Assembly (NCBI GenBank): GCA_965205265.1
Contig: CBDBGH010000003.1
Span: forward strand, 1,728,001 to 1,792,000
DNA from: Alphaproteobacteria bacterium
GTDB taxonomy: Bacteria > Pseudomonadota > Alphaproteobacteria > Bin95
Reading direction: 5' to 3'
Length of the DNA stretch: 64,000 bases
Each line of letters starts with the position of its first letter. The stretch's first letter is position 1. Position numbers and translations under genes: made by a program. Below the pieces are notes generated by a model. It made no database searches. It worked only from the letters and a program-made list of their open reading frames with translations, and had not been told where the DNA came from. Positions 57,620 through 64,000 of this stretch are shown piece after piece.

Positions 57620-59953
57620 TTCGGCCGCCAGCGCCTTAGGCACATAGCCGCAGGCGACGGAGACGCCGGACCAGTGGGCGTAACCGCCGGAGGTAATCGC
57701 GCCGACCACCTCGCCGCCGCGCCAGACCGGCTCGTCGCCCATGGCGTCGGCATCGTCGGCGTCCATCGAGAAGAAGCAGAGCCGGACATCGCCGCCGGTA
57801 TCGCGCTCCTGCAATGCCGCCTCCTTGCCGATGAAGTCCGCAGCCTTGCCGTAGGCCACGAAGCGGTCGAGCCGCGCTTCCACCGGGCCGTAGAGCGGGC
57901 GGTATTCCCGCGCCCATGAGGCGTAATGCTTCTCGACCCGGAGCCCGTTCAGCGCCCGGCTGCCGAAGGGCCGGATGCCGTGCACCGCGCCTGCCTCCAG
58001 CAGCAGGGCGAGCAGCAGGCGGTGGTAGTCGGGCGCAACCCAGATCTCATAGCCGAGGCCGCCCGTATAGCTGACCCGGCCGACAAGCGCCGGCGCGGCG
58101 CCGAGCGTCATGCGGCGCACATCCATGAAACGGAACGCCTCGGCGGAGACATCCTCATCCTCGCCGACAAGCGCCGCCAGCACGTCGCGCGCCTTCGGCC
58201 CGGCTATCGTGAGCCCGTTCAGTCCGGACCCCAGCGGCGCGACCGACACCGACCCGTCCGCCGGCAGATGCCGGGTGAACCACCGCATGTGGTACTCCTC
58301 GGCAGGGCCGGAGCCGACCAGCCGCCAGAGCCCGCCGCCGAGATTGGCGAGCGTGAAGTCGCCGATGATCTTGCCGCCCTCGTTCAGCATTGGCGCCAGG
58401 CCCATGCGCCCCTCGCGCGGCAGCCGGCTTGCCAGTATCCGGTCGAGCCAGGCTTCCGCGCCCGGACCCATCGCATCGTAGGCGGCGAAGCCGCTGGTCT
58501 CCGCAACGCCGACGCCCTCCCGCACGGCCCGGCACTCCGCGCCCACATGCTCGAAGTCCGTGGAGCGGCGGAAGGAGAGCCTGTCCTCGACGCCGGGCGG
58601 AGCGAACCAGAGCGGCTGCTCCAGACCCCAGGCGTCGCCGAACACCGCACCCATCGCCGCCATCCGGTCGTGGACCGGCGTGGTGCGGAGCGGGCGCGCG
58701 GCGGGCAGTTCCTCGTTCGGGAAGCGGATCGAGAAGCGCCGGGAATAGTTCTCGCGGACCTTGGCGTCGGTATAGGCGGGCGTCGCCCAGGCGCCGTAGC
58801 GGGCGACGTCCATGGCGTGAATGTCGAAACCGGGGTCGCCGTCCACGATCCAGTTGGCGAGCGCGAGGCCGACGCCGCCGCCCTGGCTGAAGCCCGCCAT
58901 GACCGCACAGGCGCACCAGAAGCCCGGCAGGCCGCGCACCGGCCCGACAAGCGGATTGCCGTCCGGCGCAAAGCTGAACGGACCGTTGATGACCCGCTTG
59001 ATGCCGGCCTCCTGAAAGGCCGGGAAATGCTCGAACCCGACTTCCAGCGAGGGCGCGATGCGGTCGAGGTCCGGCTGGAGCAGCTCGTGGCCGAAATCCC
59101 AGGGCGTGTCCACGGGAGACCAGGGCTTGCAGGCCTTCTCATAGGTGCCCATGAGCATGCCGCGGCCTTCCTGGCGCAGATAGATTTCGCCCTCGAAATC
59201 CACGACATGCAGCATCTCGCCGCCCGTCTCGCGGTTGTATGCCTCCACCTCCGGCATGTCGTCGGTGATGAGATACATATGCTCCATGGCGAGGATCGGC
59301 AGTTCGAGGCCGACCATGCGCCCGACCTCGCGCGCCCAAAGCCCGCCGGCATTGACGACATGCGCCGCTCGGATTTCCCCCTTGTCCGTCGTCACCAGCC
59401 ACTCGCCGCCCGGAAGCGGCTCAAGCGCCTCGACCTTGGTGAAGCGGTAAATCTCGGCTCCCTGCTTGCGGGCCGCTGCGGCATAGGCATGGGTCGTGCC
59501 GGACGGGTCCACATGGCCGTCATCGGCGTTCCAGAGCGCCCCCACGAAATGCCGGGGGTCGAGCAGCGGCATGTGCCTGTGCGCCTCCTCGGCGGAGACG
59601 ATCTCGGTATCGAGCCCCAGATAGCGCCCGCGCGCATGGATCAGCTTCAGCCATTCCATGCGATCCGGCGTGCCGGCCAGCAGGTAGCCGCCCGTCACAT
59701 GCAGCCCCGCCGACTGGCCCGATGCGGTCTCGATCTCCGGGTAGAGGTCGATGGTGTATTTCTGGAGCTTCGCGATATGCGGGTCGCCGTTGATGGTGTG
59801 CATGCCGCCGGCGGCGTGCCAGCTCGATCCCGAAGTGAGCTCGTCGCGCTCGACCAGCACGACATCCTTCCAGCCGCGCTTCGTGAGGTGGTAGAGCACC
59901 GAAGCGCCGATCACCCCGCCGCCGATAACGACGACTTCGGTATGGGTTTTCAC
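57521..59953 (-). CDS. GcvT family FAD-dependent oxidoreductase (dimethylglycine dehydrogenase-like)
   Basis: GGGV.G, LTSGSSWHAAG, DG.VDP, NGP..F.PDGNP, R.SYTG.LGYE, LR.EK, TSGGY. Confidence 0.92.
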   Translation of the reverse strand: MKTHTEVVVIGGGVIGASVLYHLTKRGWKDVVLVERDELTSGSSWHAAGGMHTINGDPHIAKLQKYTIDLYPEIETASGQSAGLHVTGGYLLAGTPDRMEWLKLIHARGRYLGLDTEIVSAEEAHRHMPLLDPRHFVGALWNADDGHVDPSGTTHAYAAAARKQGAEIYRFTKVEALEPLPGGEWLVTTDKGEIRAAHVVNAGGLWAREVGRMVGLELPILAMEHMYLITDDMPEVEAYNRETGGEMLHVVDFEGEIYLRQEGRGMLMGTYEKACKPWSPVDTPWDFGHELLQPDLDRIAPSLEVGFEHFPAFQEAGIKRVINGPFSFAPDGNPLVGPVRGLPGFWCACAVMAGFSQGGGVGLALANWIVDGDPGFDIHAMDVARYGAWATPAYTDAKVRENYSRRFSIRFPNEELPAARPLRTTPVHDRMAAMGAVFGDAWGLEQPLWFAPPGVEDRLSFRRSTDFEHVGAECRAVREGVGVAETSGFAAYDAMGPGAEAWLDRILASRLPREGRMGLAPMLNEGGKIIGDFTLANLGGGLWRLVGSGPAEEYHMRWFTRHLPADGSVSVAPLGSGLNGLTIAGPKARDVLAALVGEDEDVSAEAFRFMDVRRMTLGAAPALVGRVSYTGGLGYEIWVAPDYHRLLLALLLEAGAVHGIRPFGSRALNGLRVEKHYASWAREYRPLYGPVEARLDRFVAYGKAADFIGKEAALQERDTGGDVRLCFFSMDADDADAMGDEPVWRGGEVVGAITSGGYAHWSGVSVACGYVPKALAAEEEGWEIEILGDRRPARLQSHPLFDPNGAAMRG

Positions 59954-60846
59954 GCCACGTTCCTCCCCGCCCCGTTTGCGCGCTCTTCGGCGTAGCCGGC
60001 AAGGCGGTCGATCAGTTGCGCGAGATCGGCCTGGACCGACGCGAAATCCGGGCGCGGACGGCGGGTCGCCTCGTCGATATAGAGGGCCTTGTTGATCTCG
60101 ATCTGGAGGCTGTGGCGGCCGGCATCCGGGGCCGAGAAGGCGCGGACGAGCTCCACGCCCTTGAAGATGTGGTTGGTCCGCACCTTGTAGCCGAGCCCGC
60201 GCAGCACCTCGGCGGCGAAGGCGGTGAAACCCGCCTCGCAGGTCGTGCCGTCGCGGTCGCCGAGCACCATATCCGGCCGCAGGGTCGTGTCCTCGCGGCT
60301 CCGCGAGCCCATGGAATGGCAGTTCAGGTGATAGACCGCGCTGAAGCGCTCCATCAGCCTGTCCAGCGCCTTGCCGAGCGCGCGGTGGTAGGGCTCGTGG
60401 TAGCGGCGGATGCGCGCCTGCACCTCCTCGACGCCGAGCCGGCGGTCGTAAAGCGCCCTGTCGTCCTCGCCGATGGTGCGCCGGATGAGCCCGATGCCGC
60501 GCCGGGTCTTCTCGGTCGGCGCGAGCGGATCGGGCCAGTACCCGTCGATAAGCCGGGCGTCGAGGTCGTCCACGGCGCGGTTCGGGTCGATATAGGTGCG
60601 CGGGAAATGCGCCTTGAGCAGCGCCGCGCCCAGCCTCGGCCCGTCGCCGAACAGCTCGTCCACCGCCGTGTCCACGGCGTCGAGCAGGGTGGCCCGGTCC
60701 ACCGCCGCATCGAAATCGGCGGGGTAATCGGTGCCGCTGTGGGGCGAGTCCAGCACCAGCGGCCTCACCGGGCCGGAGGGCCCTTGCATGGTCAGCACAC
60801 CGGGCAGCGTGTAGGTCGGGATCAAGGGCCGGCGTTCCTTCGGCAT
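59950..60846 (-). CDS. N-formylglutamate amidohydrolase
   Basis: DSPHSG..YP, D..VD.LF, R.Y.DPNR, Y..PYH, CHSM, LGDR.G, QIEIN..LY; start uncertain. Confidence 0.88.
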   Translation of the reverse strand: MPKERRPLIPTYTLPGVLTMQGPSGPVRPLVLDSPHSGTDYPADFDAAVDRATLLDAVDTAVDELFGDGPRLGAALLKAHFPRTYIDPNRAVDDLDARLIDGYWPDPLAPTEKTRRGIGLIRRTIGEDDRALYDRRLGVEEVQARIRRYHEPYHRALGKALDRLMERFSAVYHLNCHSMGSRSREDTTLRPDMVLGDRDGTTCEAGFTAFAAEVLRGLGYKVRTNHIFKGVELVRAFSAPDAGRHSLQIEINKALYIDEATRRPRPDFASVQADLAQLIDRLAGYAEERANGAGRNVA

Positions 60847-60862
60847 GGCGGGGACAGGTCGG

Positions 60863-61870
60863 TCATGGCTCGGGTATGCCTTTCGTCGTCGAATATTCCC
60901 AGTGCAGCACCTCGTCCGGAAAGATCCGGGGATGGATGTCATGCGCCGCCGCCGCGGCCTCGGCGAAGCCGGTCAGGATGAGCTTGAGCTTGCCCTTGTA
61001 GGTCGCGATATCGCCTATGGCGTAGATGCCGCCGCGGTCCGTCATCGAGGTCGAGGGATCGATGGCGATATGGTTGCGGTCGAGCCCGAGGCCCCACTCC
61101 GCGATGGGGCCGAGATTCATCGCGAGCCCGTAGAAGGGCAGCAGCACATCGGCCTCCAGCCGGCGCGTCTTGCCCTTCAGCGTCTTCACCCTCACCGCCT
61201 CCAGCCGGCCGTCCTCACCCTCCAGCCCGTCGAGATGGTACGGGATGACGCATTCCACCTTCCCGTCCGCTTCCAGCGCCTTCATGCGCGCGACGCTTTC
61301 CGGCGCGGCGCGGAATTTCGGCCGCCGGTGGACGACCGCGACCGAGGCCGCGACTTCCGAGAGCGAGAGCGCCCAGTCCACCGCGCTGTCGCCGCCGCCG
61401 CCGATCACCACCCGCTTGCCCCGGAAGTCCTCGCGCCGGCGCACGGCGTAGAAGACGCTCCTGCCCTCATAGGCCGCCAGCCCATCGAGCGGCGGGCGGT
61501 TGGGGCCGAAGGCGCCGACACCGGCCGCCACGATGACGGCCTTGCAGCGGATCGATGCGCCTTTCGCGGTCTCGACCCGCCAGCCGTCGTCCAGAGGCGT
61601 CAGCGCCTCGACCCTCTGGTCGAGGTGATAGACGGGCGCAAACGGCGCTGCCTGTTCCTCCAGCCTCGCCACCAGGTCGCCGGCGTCCACTCTCGGAAAA
61701 CCGGGAATGTCGTAGATCGGCTTTTCCGGATAGAGCGCCGTGCATTGCCCGCCGATCGCTTCCAGCGAGTCCACCACATGCGCGCGGATCCGGAGCATGC
61801 CGAGTTCGAATACGGCGAACAGGCCGACCGGCCCCGCCCCGACGATCACGACATCGGTCTCGTATTCCAT
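60863..61870 (-). CDS. Ferredoxin--NADP(+) reductase (TrxB-type)
   Basis: GAGPVG, GGQC..LYP.KPIYDIPG, GGGDSA.DW, GDI..Y.GK.KLIL.GF.EA; no CxxC. Confidence 0.9.
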   Translation of the reverse strand: MEYETDVVIVGAGPVGLFAVFELGMLRIRAHVVDSLEAIGGQCTALYPEKPIYDIPGFPRVDAGDLVARLEEQAAPFAPVYHLDQRVEALTPLDDGWRVETAKGASIRCKAVIVAAGVGAFGPNRPPLDGLAAYEGRSVFYAVRRREDFRGKRVVIGGGGDSAVDWALSLSEVAASVAVVHRRPKFRAAPESVARMKALEADGKVECVIPYHLDGLEGEDGRLEAVRVKTLKGKTRRLEADVLLPFYGLAMNLGPIAEWGLGLDRNHIAIDPSTSMTDRGGIYAIGDIATYKGKLKLILTGFAEAAAAAHDIHPRIFPDEVLHWEYSTTKGIPEP

Positions 61871-62054
61871 GAATGCTCCGGGATTGGAGGGCGCCGCAGC
61901 GACCGCTATCATGGAAGCCGCATCCTGCCCGATCAAGTCCCGACGCCATGCTGCGTAGGCAGTTGGCGCAGACGGCGGACATGTTGCGGCGGCAACCCTT
62001 GCAGGCATGTGCGGTTCGGGGCACACTCCGCCCCGAAGAAAGGTCTTCGCGCCG

Positions 62055-62285
62055 ATGGAACTGTCCGCCTGGCTTACACCCGCCATCCTCATCGCCTTTG
62101 CAGCGTTGATGTTGCGCAGCAACGCGCGGCTCGAAGAACGTCTCGGTGCGCGCATCGACGAGACCAACAGGCGTCTCGACGGGATCGACAACCGGCTGCG
62201 GGCGGTCGAGCACGGGCAAGCGCGGCTCGAGGGCCTTATGGACGGACTCCGCGAAGCAATTTCCGGCCGCCGTCCTGCCGCCTGA
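62055..62285 (+). CDS. Small membrane-anchored coiled-coil protein
   Basis: N-terminal hydrophobic segment, then heptad repeats RLEERL..RIDE..RLD.ID.RL..VE...ARLEG. Confidence 0.65.
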   Translation: MELSAWLTPAILIAFAALMLRSNARLEERLGARIDETNRRLDGIDNRLRAVEHGQARLEGLMDGLREAISGRRPAA

Positions 62286-62328
62286 CGACTCCGCACCGGA
62301 CGGCCGGCGCAAAGCGGGCCCCGCCGCC

Positions 62329-62769
62329 ATGCTGCCCGAAGCCGTCGATCTGCCCGATCTTGCCGCGACCGGACGGCTTGCCAGGCAGGTCGCGGCATTG
62401 CTCCGCCGGGGCGACGCGGTGGGGCTGATCGGGAGTATCGGCGCCGGCAAGACGGCCTTTGCGCGCGCACTGATCCAGGGCCGCCAGAGGGATGCCGGGC
62501 TCAGGCCCGAGACGGTGCCGAGCCCGACCTTCACCCTGGTGCAGGTCTATGAGCGCCCGGCCCCGCCGGTCTGGCATTTCGACTGCTACCGGCTCGCCGC
62601 GCCGGAGGAGGCGGTGGAGCTCGGGCTGGAACAGGCGCTCGGCGAGGGCGTGGCGCTGGTCGAGTGGCCGGAGCGCCTCGGCGGCTTCCTGCCCGGCCGG
62701 CGGCTCGACATCGCCTTCGAGATCGCCTGCGGGGACGCGCGCCGCGTGCGGATCGAGGACCGCCGTTGA
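62329..62769 (+). CDS. tsaE: tRNA threonylcarbamoyladenosine biosynthesis ATPase
   Basis: L.G..GAGKT.FAR, VPSPTFTLVQ.Y, H.D.YRL, VEWPE. Confidence 0.95.
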   Translation: MLPEAVDLPDLAATGRLARQVAALLRRGDAVGLIGSIGAGKTAFARALIQGRQRDAGLRPETVPSPTFTLVQVYERPAPPVWHFDCYRLAAPEEAVELGLEQALGEGVALVEWPERLGGFLPGRRLDIAFEIACGDARRVRIEDRR

Positions 62770-63740
62770 GCCGCGAGGCCGCCATCGCCGCCTTTCTTGC
62801 CGGCGCCGGCTGGGGCGGGGCCCGGCGCGAGCCCCTGCCGGGCGATGCCTCATTCCGCCGCTATGTCCGGCTGAGGCGCGGCCGGGAGACGGTCATGCTG
62901 ATGGACGCGCCGCCGCCCGAGGAGGAGGTGCGGCCCTTCGCGACGGTGGCCGCGCGGCTCCGGCACCTCGGCCTTTCCGCGCCGGAGGTCTATCGGGCCG
63001 ACCCGGCGCACGGGCTGCTGCTGCTGGAGGATTTCGGCGACGACACCTTCACCCGGCTGCTGGACCGGGGCGAGAGCGAGCAGGAGCTCTACCTGCTGGC
63101 GACCGACGCGCTGGCCGCCCTGCAGGGCCAACCGGGCGCGGCGGACGGGTTTCCGTCCTTCGGCGCGGACCGGTTCGTTGCCGGGGCGGAACTCTTCCTC
63201 GACTGGTACCTGCCGGCCGCTGGAAGGCAGGCCACGGACCGGGACGGGTTCGCCGAGGCGATGCGACAGGTGCTCGCGCCCGCACTGGCCGGCCCCGAAA
63301 CGCTGATGCTGCGCGATTTCCATGTGGACAACCTCGTGCGGCTGGACGGGCGGGAAGGCGCGGCCGCCTGCGGCCTGCTCGATTTCCAGGACGCCGCCGG
63401 CGGCCCCCCGGCCTACGACCTCGCCTCGCTGATCGAGGATGCGAGGCGCGATGTCGATGAGAGCGTGCGCCGGGCGGTGCTGGCCCGCTACCGCGCCGCC
63501 TTTCCGGACGCCCGGAACCTGGAGCGGGATGTCGCCGTCCTCGGCGCGCAGCGCCATATCCGCGTGCTCGGCACCTTCATGCGGCTCGCCCGGCGCGACG
63601 GCAAGCCCGGCTATCTGCGCTACCTGCCCCGTCTCCGGCGGATGCTGGAGCGCAATCTCGCCCATCCGGGCCTGGAGCCTCTGGCGATGTGGCTACGCCG
63701 CCATGTCGCCGCCGACCTCCGCATCCCGGCGGTCGAATGA
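62766..63740 (+). CDS. amgK: Aminoglycoside phosphotransferase family, anomeric MurNAc/GlcNAc kinase-like
   Basis: GDASFRRY.R, MDAPP, LEDFG, RDFH..NL, DFQDA, YDL.SL..D; lies between tsaE and murU. Confidence 0.8.
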   Translation: MSREAAIAAFLAGAGWGGARREPLPGDASFRRYVRLRRGRETVMLMDAPPPEEEVRPFATVAARLRHLGLSAPEVYRADPAHGLLLLEDFGDDTFTRLLDRGESEQELYLLATDALAALQGQPGAADGFPSFGADRFVAGAELFLDWYLPAAGRQATDRDGFAEAMRQVLAPALAGPETLMLRDFHVDNLVRLDGREGAAACGLLDFQDAAGGPPAYDLASLIEDARRDVDESVRRAVLARYRAAFPDARNLERDVAVLGAQRHIRVLGTFMRLARRDGKPGYLRYLPRLRRMLERNLAHPGLEPLAMWLRRHVAADLRIPAVE

Positions 63741-64000
63741 CGGGCGTCCTGCCGCATACCGCCATGGTGCTGGCCGCCGGGCTCGGCTCGCGTCTCGGCG
63801 ACGGGCCGCCGAAGCCGCTCCGGCACGTCGGCGGCCGGGCGCTGATCGACCGCGCGCTCGACATGCTGAGCGAGGCCGGGGTCGCGCGCGCCGTGGTGAA
63901 CACCTACCACCGCGCGGCGGAAATCGAACCGCATCTTGCCGGACGGAGGCAGCCGGAAATCGTGATTTCCCGCGAGGCGGAACGGCTGGAAACCGGCGGC
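63737..64000 (+). CDS. murU: Nucleotidyltransferase, MurU-like (runs off the window end)
   Basis: AMVLAAGLGSRL...PKPL..VGG..LID, VVN, E...LETGG; ATGA overlap with the kinase. Confidence 0.8.
   Translation, partial: MTGVLPHTAMVLAAGLGSRLGDGPPKPLRHVGGRALIDRALDMLSEAGVARAVVNTYHRAAEIEPHLAGRRQPEIVISREAERLETGG

Overview
GC-rich alphaproteobacterial chromosome segment. The S49-glyQ-glyS-ppdK, sdhCDAB, DUF4167-clpB and tsaE-amgK-murU gene orders point to that class; the many TA, Uma2 and FGE-domain genes suggest a host-associated lineage (inference only). It carries about 55 CDS: core genes (sdhCDAB, ppdK, glyQS, gpmA, clpB, msrB, EF-G paralog, tsaE-amgK-murU) and many catabolic genes (HpaB-like monooxygenase with paired acyl-CoA dehydrogenases, two hydantoinase/oxoprolinase A+B pairs, otnK/otnC, a GcvT-family dehydrogenase). 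No rRNA, tRNA or CRISPR array was seen. The notable content is mobile DNA. (1) Two 1914-bp IS1634-family elements with identical transposases lie in inverted orientation, each flanked by a very long target duplication (73 bp and 205 bp). All four junctions share a (A/T)(A/T)|GA(G/C) context. One copy splits otnK; the other leaves both neighbouring genes intact because of its long duplication. (2) A group II intron is inserted in frame three codons before the ppdK stop, with readable EBS/IBS pairing. (3) An IS630 with a -1 frameshift site sits just downstream of ppdK. (4) Nested REP/MITE composites are present, one of which has gutted a PIN toxin. (5) An orphan terminase-small-subunit-like gene has a long structured leader and helically phased CATGACA repeats at its 3' end. 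All calls come from reading the sequence and ORF track by eye; no database searches were run.
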